From Candidatus Omnitrophota bacterium (GTDB lineage Bacteria > Omnitrophota > Gorgyraeia > B26-G9): a stretch of DNA of 64,000 nt. Positions 1 to 9,750 of this stretch are shown piece by piece. The first letter of the stretch is position 1, and each line of letters starts with the position of its first letter. A program made the position numbers and the translations under genes. The notes beneath the pieces are model-generated. The model did no database searches, was not told where the DNA came from, and worked only from the letters and a program-made list of their open reading frames with translations. Location: assembly GCA_043814605.1 (NCBI GenBank), contig JBDRJV010000022.1:85305-149304 (forward strand), written 5' to 3'.

Positions 1-25
1 ATATTCCATAAAAATTGGGCTAAGA

Positions 26-1927
26 TTAGTTGGTTATTTTAATTTTATATAAATCATCACATTTCATGTCAAATTTATAGATCCAAAAAGTAGGTTCCCC
101 TTTTCTGTTTTTTATCACCTTATAAGGCCGATATTGAAATAAAAACGGGCTAAACCTTTCAAAAAAAGCCGGAGGAGTATAGCTTGCTGCCTCACTGATT
201 TCATCTCCCCTTCTAAACGGCCCTGTCGGAAAAATAAAATACACGTTCTTATATCCTTTATCCAGTATATATGCCTTAAAAGCTTCATAAGACTTTAAAT
301 CACTTTTATGCACAAAAAGTTTTACATAAAGATCATATTCAACTTTAGCCGCCCATAAAGATACGACATCAAGGTTATATAAATACCCGTGCGGCTGTAA
401 ATAATAATCATAAATGAGAAAATTTCCATCCTTAGCTACTTCATCATAGTAAAACTTTCTTAACTGAAAATTTCCATATGCTTTATTCAACCCTTCTCCA
501 AATGTCCAAACAAACCTTGCGTTAAAAATAAATATATTTAAAAATATAATCACACTAAGCAAAAAATATAATACCCGGCTCTGCGGATACCTAGAATTTA
601 ACCTTGAAAATTTTACAAAACTGTATAAGCCATAAGCAGCAAAAAAAATCAATACAAAATAAAAATCATATGTATACCTTCCCACAATTTGCGCATTAGC
701 AGTATTTGTAACTATGCGATAAATAAAAAAAGAGCCTAATAACAATAAGATATGTTTAATTATCTGTTTTTCTTTTTCTCTCTTAATTAAATATGCCAAC
801 CCCGCGACAAACATTCCCGCCTCGACTATGTTAAAAAAACTTATATCCTGTAAAAATGAAGGTTCATGAGGAGAAAGATTAATATCGCTGCTTATAAATA
901 ACACCCGAAAGGTTCTTATAGCTATTTCCGGGATTTTGGAAAAGGCAAAATCATTAGTCATAGTAAGACTTGCCCAAGACCCTCTTTTGACTAATATCCC
1001 CCAAACACGATCATGCAAAATAATATTAACCCCATAGAAAAAATCCTTACCTAAGAGTTTTCCCCATATTCCGGTTATAAATAGAACTAAGACGAGAGAA
1101 ATAATTAAAGCTAAAATATACTTATACCAGTTCATGAATGTATAATCGGGATTTTTAAACTTTATTATATTAACCGATAAGATAGTAAAAAATCCGAACA
1201 ATATTTGGAACATAAGTATATTTGTATTAGGATAACCGTTCACAAAACATAAAGCTAAGCTTATTGATAATCCTAAAAGTGCAAACAAATTGCGTTGACT
1301 TTCACGACGATGACATAAAAATAAATAATAGCTCGACATGAAAAATAACAATGGGAAAATTGTAATAAAAGGGAAAAGCATCGACCTATCCAACTGATTG
1401 AAATACACATTACTTGATGCTATTACTGCAAGGATCAGCCCGAATCTCTTATTTACCAGTACGGCGCCCACCTTAGCAGCATAAATATATGTAAAAATAA
1501 ATATCAAAAAGCCAAAAACCATTAAGGAAGCTTCCAACCCTAATAATTTAAAAGAAAGGAAATAAATTGCCAGCTGGCTCATTCTTGATAATACAAAAAC
1601 TGCATAATGCGTCGGGTTCAATATCCAACCAGGCTCTCCGTTGGGGTCAATACCATGATAAGTATACGCATCCGGCAGTGAAATTTTCTCAGCATGGAAC
1701 TGTTGGTAACGAAATTTCATATATTCATAAAAATCACCTTTAAAATCGCCCTTATCTTGAATATAATCTATGAGATTCTTTTGAAAAACTAGCCCCCATT
1801 GAGCGTGATCGGTATAATTTAAACTTGGTGGCATAATCAAAAAAAAGCCAATGATCAAAATTAACAGGAATATCACTTCTGCTGCTATTTTTTTCTTACT
1901 TAAATAATCAATTATTTTTATATACAT
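26..1927 (-). CDS. Polytopic membrane protein, probable GT-C (ArnT/PMT-like) glycosyltransferase or glycan polymerase
   Basis: 633 aa with many hydrophobic segments and a soluble C-terminal domain; last complete glycan-cluster gene in the window; no diagnostic motif. Confidence 0.45.
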   Translation of the reverse strand: MYIKIIDYLSKKKIAAEVIFLLILIIGFFLIMPPSLNYTDHAQWGLVFQKNLIDYIQDKGDFKGDFYEYMKFRYQQFHAEKISLPDAYTYHGIDPNGEPGWILNPTHYAVFVLSRMSQLAIYFLSFKLLGLEASLMVFGFLIFIFTYIYAAKVGAVLVNKRFGLILAVIASSNVYFNQLDRSMLFPFITIFPLLFFMSSYYLFLCHRRESQRNLFALLGLSISLALCFVNGYPNTNILMFQILFGFFTILSVNIIKFKNPDYTFMNWYKYILALIISLVLVLFITGIWGKLLGKDFFYGVNIILHDRVWGILVKRGSWASLTMTNDFAFSKIPEIAIRTFRVLFISSDINLSPHEPSFLQDISFFNIVEAGMFVAGLAYLIKREKEKQIIKHILLLLGSFFIYRIVTNTANAQIVGRYTYDFYFVLIFFAAYGLYSFVKFSRLNSRYPQSRVLYFLLSVIIFLNIFIFNARFVWTFGEGLNKAYGNFQLRKFYYDEVAKDGNFLIYDYYLQPHGYLYNLDVVSLWAAKVEYDLYVKLFVHKSDLKSYEAFKAYILDKGYKNVYFIFPTGPFRRGDEISEAASYTPPAFFERFSPFLFQYRPYKVIKNRKGEPTFWIYKFDMKCDDLYKIKITN

Positions 1928-2872
1928 TTATTGAGTCTTATCCCTTTGTTTTTTAATATAATCAATAACTTCGTCGATTTTCTTTTCAAGTTTCTGTTGT
2001 GGTTTGAATTTGATTGCTTTTTCTAGCCTTTGGTTATCTACGATCGAATTCCTTAATTCACCGGCAACTGCCTTAGTATAACTTGGTTTTAATTTTGGAT
2101 TAATCTTATTAATCAGAATTTTTGCGATCTGATTAACTGATGTATCAATTCCTGTGCCTACATTAAAAATTTTCCTATCTGTTTTTTTATTAAGCACCCG
2201 ATAAGTAGCTTCAACTATATCACCCACATAAACAAAATCACGCCGCTGTTTTCCATCACCAAAAATAACCGGAGATTTATTATCTAACAATCTGTTAATA
2301 AAAATTGTAATCACTCCTACATAAGGCGTAAATGTCTGGCCCGGGCCATAAGTATTAAAATAACGCAAAACAGTACTCTCTATACCTATTTGAGCGCAGG
2401 CAACTAGAACATATTTTTCTCCAGCCAGTTTTGCAATGCCATAAGGAGAAATCGGTTCTTTCTTATAATCTTCATTTATCGATTTTGGACGAGTACAATC
2501 GGCATAAACTGCCATAGAAGAAGCAAAAATAAATTTTTTTACTCTTTTAGAAACACGGCAAGCACGTAAAAGATTTAAAGTACCCATTATATTAGTGTAC
2601 GCATCTTCATGAAATTTATCCACCGAACCTCTTATAGTTACATTTGCCGCTAAATGAAATACCGCATCTACATTTTTAATCACCTGTTGCGCTAATTTAA
2701 AATCTTGAATATCTCCTTTAATAAACTTACACCCACTGGGAACATTTTCTTTCTTCCCGACGGAAAGATTATCAAGCACAACCGGAATTATTTTTGCTTT
2801 TAATAGCCTATGACAAAGATGCGAGCCAATAAAGCCCGCCCCTCCGGTAATTAATACTTCTTTGAATTTCAT
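1928..2872 (-). CDS. NAD-dependent epimerase/dehydratase (GalE-like SDR)
   Basis: TGGAGFIG, YGIAK (YxxxK), RYFNTYGP. Confidence 0.9.
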   Translation of the reverse strand: MKFKEVLITGGAGFIGSHLCHRLLKAKIIPVVLDNLSVGKKENVPSGCKFIKGDIQDFKLAQQVIKNVDAVFHLAANVTIRGSVDKFHEDAYTNIMGTLNLLRACRVSKRVKKFIFASSMAVYADCTRPKSINEDYKKEPISPYGIAKLAGEKYVLVACAQIGIESTVLRYFNTYGPGQTFTPYVGVITIFINRLLDNKSPVIFGDGKQRRDFVYVGDIVEATYRVLNKKTDRKIFNVGTGIDTSVNQIAKILINKINPKLKPSYTKAVAGELRNSIVDNQRLEKAIKFKPQQKLEKKIDEVIDYIKKQRDKTQ

Positions 2873-3014
2873 TTTTATTTTTTCCTACATTTTAAATCTT
2901 CAAGTCTTATGATCAATTCTTTGAAAAATTAAACCATTATTAAAATGGTGTTTGATGTTTATTTTATATTAGTCTTGTCTCTGAGAATACAATTTTTCAT
3001 TTTTATAGGATATT

Positions 3015-3827
3015 TTATTTTGCATTTTTACCGATATTTGAATTTATTCTTTTTCTTCTTGGCGCTATAAATGCACTTTTAGTTCCTGCATTTTCCCCTA
3101 TGGTTTTAAGCCATTTTTGATTGCACAAGAGAAGATCATCCGGAGTAGTTACATTCATATCCCATTTAACTACATCACAGACAAAAACTGGACACCCTTC
3201 TTCAATAAGCATTTGAATTGCAGTAGTAATCTCGTACTCATCACGCATTGCTGTTCTGGGAGTACATCTTATGGCATCAAAAATTGCCTGGCTAAATAAG
3301 TATATCCCACAACCTTTTAAATTCGTAGTCAAATATCGCGGTTTTTCAATAACTCTTTTTACCCTCTTGCTGTGGCCATTAAGAATAACCGTAAAGTTCT
3401 TTCTTATGGAAGATACATCTAGTTCTTTTTTTACTGCTAAAACCGCTCCGGCTTTTTCTTCTTTAAAAATTTTAATCATTTGTTTTAAATTTTTCGGAAT
3501 AATAAATATATCCCCCAGGAACAACATAAACGGACCGCTCACATATTTTTCCAGTTGCCCCACGGCATGAGCAATACCAATTTTTTCTTTTTGTTCAACA
3601 TATTTTATCTCAACACCGAAGCTGGAACCATCGCCAAAATAATTAATAATTTTTTCTTTTAAATGTCCGACTACAAATATATATTTTTTTATTCCTAAGC
3701 CGATCATAATTTCAAGCTGATATTGCATTATCGGCTTATTACAGATTGGTAAAAGCGGTTTAGGAAAATCCAAGCTTAAGGGTTTAATTCTTTCGCCTTT
3801 TCCGGCAGCTAAAATTATGCCTATCAT
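3015..3827 (-). CDS. Sugar-phosphate nucleotidyltransferase (long-form RmlA-like), C-terminal tail apparently truncated
   Basis: LAAGKGER, PKPLLP, GIAHAV, LGD, EKP, EYEITTAIQ. Confidence 0.85.
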   Translation of the reverse strand: MIGIILAAGKGERIKPLSLDFPKPLLPICNKPIMQYQLEIMIGLGIKKYIFVVGHLKEKIINYFGDGSSFGVEIKYVEQKEKIGIAHAVGQLEKYVSGPFMLFLGDIFIIPKNLKQMIKIFKEEKAGAVLAVKKELDVSSIRKNFTVILNGHSKRVKRVIEKPRYLTTNLKGCGIYLFSQAIFDAIRCTPRTAMRDEYEITTAIQMLIEEGCPVFVCDVVKWDMNVTTPDDLLLCNQKWLKTIGENAGTKSAFIAPRRKRINSNIGKNAK

Positions 3828-3848
3828 ATTGCCGATCCTTTCCTAAAT

Positions 3849-4586
3849 TTAAAGAGAATTTATTATTTTTAATCTATAAACAAAAAGTTTAATACGTAAA
3901 TAAAATAAGAATTTTAAAACACTAATTGAAGTTTTGACAATATTTAATTTGCTAGCCCCCTTATGTCTCAAATAATGTCCCACCCCAACCTCACCTATTT
4001 TAGCTCCCATTTCTGAGGCTTTAACCATTATTTCTGTCGGTGCAGGATATCCTCTGGCTTCAATCCGAATATCTTTTATGATTTTTGCTTTATATAGCTT
4101 TTGCGCACAATTGGTATCCCGGAATTTCAAACCGAAAACAATACGCATAATTAAATTGAACATCCGATCCGCAACTACTCTTGCTATTGTATCTTTTTTC
4201 TTATAACGATAGCCGGATACAAAATCATAATCTCCCTCTTTTAGTTTAGCATGTAATTTTCCATATTCCTTAACATCAAACTGTCCATCAGAATCAAGTG
4301 TCATTATCAACTCACCCTGCGCATGTTTTACTGCATTATAAACAGCATACCCATACCCTTTATTAGGATTATTTTCACAAACAACAAGATTATTAAATTT
4401 TTTTTTGAGTTTTTCTAAAACTTCTGCTGTCTGATCAGCGCTACCATCATTACAGACAACAATTTCAGCATTTATTTTTTCTTTATATATATAATCCTGC
4501 CATTCATGGATTATTTCTTCGATCAGTGATTCTTCGTTATATGCAGGTGTAACAATTGACAAATAAGGCGTATTTTTAGACATCAT
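3849..4586 (-). CDS. GT2 glycosyltransferase, DPM1/polyprenol-phosphate type
   Basis: PAYNEE, NDGSAD, DSDGQ, SGYR, DTNCAQK. Confidence 0.9.
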   Translation of the reverse strand: MMSKNTPYLSIVTPAYNEESLIEEIIHEWQDYIYKEKINAEIVVCNDGSADQTAEVLEKLKKKFNNLVVCENNPNKGYGYAVYNAVKHAQGELIMTLDSDGQFDVKEYGKLHAKLKEGDYDFVSGYRYKKKDTIARVVADRMFNLIMRIVFGLKFRDTNCAQKLYKAKIIKDIRIEARGYPAPTEIMVKASEMGAKIGEVGVGHYLRHKGASKLNIVKTSISVLKFLFYLRIKLFVYRLKIINSL

Positions 4587-4634
4587 TATTTTCGCTCCTT
4601 CATCAAAGTGAAGCTTCTTTTAAAATCAGTGTTT

Positions 4635-6140
4635 CTAGAATTTTTGATTAATAAACTCTCTTACCAGTAAACCAAATTGTCTAAAATAATTAATTTTTGC
4701 TTTTGATTTACATAATACCTGCCAATATTTTCGGCTTAAATAAAATTTAATATTTGGCAAAACCTTATTATAACGCCTTGAATTATCTCTGATCCAATTC
4801 CCCAGTTCCACGTCATGCGAACAATACTTGAACTTTTCAGGATATGTTTTCATCAACCAGGTAACATCTTTTGAAAGCATCGCATATTCCTGCTTACTAA
4901 AACGATAATTTGAATTTTCATATATCTCAGTTCCTAGATACGGAGTGAAGATATTCATGCTAACTACCTCAGAATCAAGAATATCTAACAGCTTAAGGAT
5001 ATCCTCTAAATCTTTTTCTGTCTCTTGCGGCAGGTTAGTCAGCATATTAGCAAAAGTCCTTACGCCATGCTTATGGCAAAGACTAAAAATGTTTTTTATC
5101 ATCTTTATATTTTGCCCTTTTTTCATCAAACGAAGCGCCTGATCAGAACCTCTTTCTACGCCAAAATCTATCTGTACACACCCAGCATTAGCCATTGTTT
5201 TTATGATCTCTTCATTTAGGGTTGCAATCTTTGAAGAGCAGCCCCAGACCAAGTTTATATTTTCAGCTTTTATCACGTCACAGAATTTTTTTACATTTTT
5301 CTGCTCAAGGGTAAATAAATCATCTATAAAATAAAAAGAGTCAACCGCATATTTTTCTTTTAAAATCTTTAATTCACCGATTAAACTCTCCGCACTACGG
5401 CTTCTGCCACAGCCGCTAAATTCTCTCAGTTTTTTTGCCACACAAAAAGTACATTGCGAAGGACATCCTCTGGTTGCTAACAGATACATCGACCTTAAAA
5501 AACAGCCTCTAATTGCATAAGGATTTGCGTTTGTATAATAGCTCATGTCTATCAAACTGTAATCAGGATAAGAAATCTCATCAAGATTATCACACAAGGG
5601 TCTTTTCGGCGTTATTACTGTTTTTTTTGTTTGCTTATCAAAATAGGCAATACCTTTAATTTTGCTTAAGTCACTGTTGTCACTACTCAAAAGATTCTTG
5701 CACAACTCATAAGTTGTCAACTCTCCCTCACCTAAGACACAAATATCCACCCCGGTTTCCTCATCAAAAAAATCTTCCGGCAAAAAAGTTGGATGTATCC
5801 CTCCCACAATAACCTTCACAGAACTGTCAATTTCTTTTATGGCCTTAGCTATTTTAACTACTTCAAAATATTCCGGAGTGTAACATGATATACCCACAAT
5901 TTTCGTTTTTGTTTTTTTAAATTCAGTAATCATCTTATTGTGGATATCATCGATTACATTATCAATATTATCAAAAAACTCTTTTGTTCTTATTTGTTCT
6001 TTCATCGGTTCATCGATGATTTTCACTCTCATTCCTTTATGAGTCAAATATCCGCCAACATACATCAAAGCTACTGGTGGCCGATAATGATTGATCATCC
6101 TTGAAGGAGGCGAAAATAAAACGATATCATAATGTTTCAT
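4635..6140 (-). CDS. B12-binding radical SAM protein (class B methyltransferase-like)
   Basis: N-terminal cobalamin-binding domain (VGGIHPT, GEGE); RGCPSQCTFC (CxxxCxxC); DDLF; GVERGS. Confidence 0.9.
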   Translation of the reverse strand: MKHYDIVLFSPPSRMINHYRPPVALMYVGGYLTHKGMRVKIIDEPMKEQIRTKEFFDNIDNVIDDIHNKMITEFKKTKTKIVGISCYTPEYFEVVKIAKAIKEIDSSVKVIVGGIHPTFLPEDFFDEETGVDICVLGEGELTTYELCKNLLSSDNSDLSKIKGIAYFDKQTKKTVITPKRPLCDNLDEISYPDYSLIDMSYYTNANPYAIRGCFLRSMYLLATRGCPSQCTFCVAKKLREFSGCGRSRSAESLIGELKILKEKYAVDSFYFIDDLFTLEQKNVKKFCDVIKAENINLVWGCSSKIATLNEEIIKTMANAGCVQIDFGVERGSDQALRLMKKGQNIKMIKNIFSLCHKHGVRTFANMLTNLPQETEKDLEDILKLLDILDSEVVSMNIFTPYLGTEIYENSNYRFSKQEYAMLSKDVTWLMKTYPEKFKYCSHDVELGNWIRDNSRRYNKVLPNIKFYLSRKYWQVLCKSKAKINYFRQFGLLVREFINQKF

Positions 6141-6147
6141 ATTTTTA

Positions 6148-7363
6148 TTATGTTTTTAAAACCATTTCAAAAATTTGGCTTGCTCTTTTATCCCAATCCC
6201 ATTGTTCAACAATTAAATCTACTGCTTCACTCGCAGTTTCCTGATAATATTTTTTATCCGTTAATAATCTAATTACGGCTTCAGCAAATTTTTCCAGATC
6301 CCCGGGACATATTTTAATCATGCCTTTAGGATAATATGTTTTTAACGCTTCCAGATCAAAACTAATACCCGGCAAACCCCAGGCCATAGCCTCAGCAGCA
6401 GCCATACCCCCGCTATCGTATGTTGCTGGATGTATAACAATTTTACTCTGCTTGAAAACCTCAAATTTTTCTTTACCATCCAAAAATCCGAATAACTCTA
6501 TATTATTTTGCAAGCCGTATTTACTAATTTTTTTTTTTAACCTCTGCTTCGAGTGACCCGTTACCGACCATCGCCAACCTAGCATTACTTTTAAGTTTCA
6601 CTACTTTTCCCCAAATATCCACTAAAACTAAAACACCTTTTTGGTGATGAAAACGTCCGACAAAACAAGCATCATATTTTCTGGCGTCAAATGCAATGAT
6701 CTTATCACTATTCAAATACTTCTCAGACTCAGCTATATCTACTCCGCCCCTGATGACTAAAACTTTTGATTTATTCCTCTTCTTTGTCACAAACTTTTTT
6801 TGATCCGGCAGAGAAGTAACAAATACAACATCCGCAAAGATATTTATGATCCAATAAATAGGAATTTGTGAGAGCCAATACAAAAAACCTCTCCCGGCAT
6901 TTCTGCCTTTATAAGGATTATCTTTTTGCCACGGAACAGGAGCAAAAAGATAAAAAGAGGCAATCCAAAAGACTTTCCGATTCATAATTTTAATCAAAAA
7001 AGCCGGTATCGAATCTGGATAAAAATCAGACACCGAATAAATAATCGTCGAATCTCTAAACAACTTTCTGTTTTTGATTACAAACAATATCCCTCTGCCG
7101 AGTTTTATGAAGAAATTCCCAAAAATAGCTCTTAATGTGAATACTTCTTTTTCTTGGCCTTTAAGAAATTTGCCTGATGTTTTAAGGAATTCTATGTTAC
7201 TCAGACCCTCACGCTTGCAAATACTAATTGTTTCTTCCGAGCCGATCAATGTTAGCTTTATTTTATTTTGCCAATTCCTGGCAAGCTCAACAAAAATTCT
7301 ATCACCACCGCTTAAACCAAAATCTCCGATGCTACTATTACCTACAAAAAAACATTCTCTCAT
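6148..7363 (-). pseudogene. GT4 glycosyltransferase split by a +1 frameshift in an A11 tract
   Basis: ORF 6524-7363 (SGGD, FVGRFHHQKG) continues in ORF 6148-6585 (DSGGMAAAEAMAWGLP); T11 at 6528-6538; A10 would restore VKKKISKYGL. Confidence 0.85.
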
Positions 7364-7395
7364 TTTTTATTTCCATATTTTATTATTAAAAACTG

Positions 7396-8412
7396 CTATT
7401 GTTTTAAGCAAATATTATCACCCTGAGTTTTAATTATCCGGGAATTAATTTTTGCTTTATATATCGCTACTATTTTTTTAAGAATAAACCGAGGCATAAT
7501 CATTGTCCCAAGGCTAAAAAACCAAAATCTAAAATTAAAAATATTCTGCCAACGGTATTTCAAAAGCATAACTATTTCACGGATAAGAAAACTATACTTT
7601 CTCGCATAGTTTCTCACCTGTACAAGTCCGATGTAATTTACGGCAACAAAATCCCTAATGCATATTTCCCTTAAGTTTTTAAATTTTTCTTCTTTAAAAA
7701 CTGTTTCAAATAAATCAATCCAGCACTGCATGGGTGATTTTTCGTAAACTTTCGGATTCTGCGACCCGCTGTATGAAAATGCCGGACAAGCCATAGTATA
7801 ATCTTTAAGCACAACGATTTTATGCTCTTTCCAGATCGCAATAAAAGGATACGTAAATTCGACAAAAGCATCCTGATTGAATGATCTGTTCATATATTTT
7901 TTTCGGAAAGCCAGTCCTGCCGGATTATCCAATAAATGTACAACCTTGATAATCAATTCCGGATCATCGTCAATCGAAACAACCAAATCCTCATCAATCG
8001 CTACTTTATCTTTTTTGCGCACCACAGTATTTACATCTTTACCATACCAATAATAAGGTCGTGTAACCGCACCAATATCATCAGACAGATTAAAAGCATT
8101 GCATGTTTTTTCTAATGCATCCTTTGATATTAAACTTTTTCCAGAAAGAAGATAGATAATATCTCCCGCTGCTCTTTCAAAACTCAGGCATAGATTCTTA
8201 TAATAGCCTAAGTTTTCTTCATTCTTAAAATATTTAATTCTCTCATCTTTAAATGACCTTACTATTTCTTGAGTATTATCCGATGAGTTGTTATCTGAAA
8301 TAACAATCTCAAAATTACTATATGTTTGAGAAAGAACATTCTTTATGGTCTGCCCCAGAAGATCTCCCATATTATAAGTCGGTACACAAACACTGAATTT
8401 TAAATTTTCCAT
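7396..8412 (-). CDS. GT2 glycosyltransferase
   Basis: VPTYN, SDNNSSDNT, NEENLG. Confidence 0.85.
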   Translation of the reverse strand: MENLKFSVCVPTYNMGDLLGQTIKNVLSQTYSNFEIVISDNNSSDNTQEIVRSFKDERIKYFKNEENLGYYKNLCLSFERAAGDIIYLLSGKSLISKDALEKTCNAFNLSDDIGAVTRPYYWYGKDVNTVVRKKDKVAIDEDLVVSIDDDPELIIKVVHLLDNPAGLAFRKKYMNRSFNQDAFVEFTYPFIAIWKEHKIVVLKDYTMACPAFSYSGSQNPKVYEKSPMQCWIDLFETVFKEEKFKNLREICIRDFVAVNYIGLVQVRNYARKYSFLIREIVMLLKYRWQNIFNFRFWFFSLGTMIMPRFILKKIVAIYKAKINSRIIKTQGDNICLKQ

Positions 8413-8424
8413 AACCTAAAAAAA

Positions 8425-9750
8425 TTAAATAAATCCCCTGACAAATTCATTTATTTTTTTTATGATAAACTTACGCTGCGCTTGTTTAATGCCAGGATAT
8501 ACGCCGATCCAAAATAAATTATTCATAACAATATCCGTATTTTTCAGAGAACCAACAACCTTCATTTTTATCCCAGCATAGGCTGGTTGTTTTATAAGGT
8601 TTCCGCCAAAAAGCATCCGGGTTGCAATCTTATTTTTTTCCAAATATCCAACAATATCATTCCGGGAAAAAGGCGCTGTCTGTTTTATGAGTATCGGAAA
8701 TCCGAACCAGCTGGGATCAGCACCTTGAACTGCTTTCGGCAGGACAAAATAGTTATCAAATTTGCGTAGATGTTTTAGAAAAAAATTAAAATTATTTTTC
8801 CGCAATTGTATAAATGAATTAAGCTTCTTTAATTGAGCAACACCAATAGCTGCCTGCATATCCGTAACCTTTAAGTTATAACCTATATGCGAATAAACAT
8901 ATTTATGATCATAGCCTCGTGGTAATTTACTAAATTTCCGGGTAAATCTATTCTTACAGGTGTCATCAACGCCAGGATTACACCAGCAATCTCTGCCCCA
9001 ATCACGAAAAGAAAGAATGATTTTTTTTAAAATCGGATCATTTGTTAAAAGCGCTCCCCCTTCCCCTAAAGTCATATGATGCGCTGGATAAAAACTCAGC
9101 GTTGCAATATGGCCATAAGTTCCGGTAAAACGCCCTCTGTACTTTGAACCCAAAGCATCACAATTATCTTCAATAACAAATAAATTATGTTTTTTTGCTA
9201 TTTTTAAAACCCCATCCAGATTAAACGGATTACCTAAAGTATGTGCCAGAAAAATCGCTTTAGTTTTTTTTGTAATTGCTTTTTCCAGATATTTCGTATC
9301 GACATTATATGTACCCAGTTCAACATCAAGAATCACTGGTTTTAATTGGTTTTGCAAAATTGGGTTTAAGGTTGTGGGAAATCCACAGGCAGTAGTAATA
9401 ACCTCGTCCCCTGGCTTTAAACGTTTCTTTTTTAAAAACAAAGAAGTTAAAGCACTTATTGCCAAAAGATTAGCCGATGAACCAGAATTAACTAATAAAC
9501 AATATTTTACTCCTAAAAATTCCGCTAACCGTTTTTCTAGTTTTTGCGCATACCTACCGGCCGTAAGCCAGAAATCTAAAGATGAATCGACAAGATTGAT
9601 TATTTCTTTATCATCATAAACACGTCCTGCATAATTAATCGGTGTTTTCCCCGGACAAAAAGTTTTTTTACTTTTTTTTACACGATAAAATTTTTTAACT
9701 TTAATAAAAATTTCTTTTCTTATCAATCTTTCCCTAGAATTCACTTTCAC
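8425..9750 (-). CDS. rfbH: CDP-4-keto-6-deoxyglucose 3-dehydratase (E1)
   Basis: NSGSSANL, AHTLGNP, EDNCDALG, FYPAHHMTLGEGG (His in place of the aminotransferase Lys), RDCWCxxxxxxxC Fe-S motif. Confidence 0.9.
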   Translation of the reverse strand: MKVNSRERLIRKEIFIKVKKFYRVKKSKKTFCPGKTPINYAGRVYDDKEIINLVDSSLDFWLTAGRYAQKLEKRLAEFLGVKYCLLVNSGSSANLLAISALTSLFLKKKRLKPGDEVITTACGFPTTLNPILQNQLKPVILDVELGTYNVDTKYLEKAITKKTKAIFLAHTLGNPFNLDGVLKIAKKHNLFVIEDNCDALGSKYRGRFTGTYGHIATLSFYPAHHMTLGEGGALLTNDPILKKIILSFRDWGRDCWCNPGVDDTCKNRFTRKFSKLPRGYDHKYVYSHIGYNLKVTDMQAAIGVAQLKKLNSFIQLRKNNFNFFLKHLRKFDNYFVLPKAVQGADPSWFGFPILIKQTAPFSRNDIVGYLEKNKIATRMLFGGNLIKQPAYAGIKMKVVGSLKNTDIVMNNLFWIGVYPGIKQAQRKFIIKKINEFVRGFI

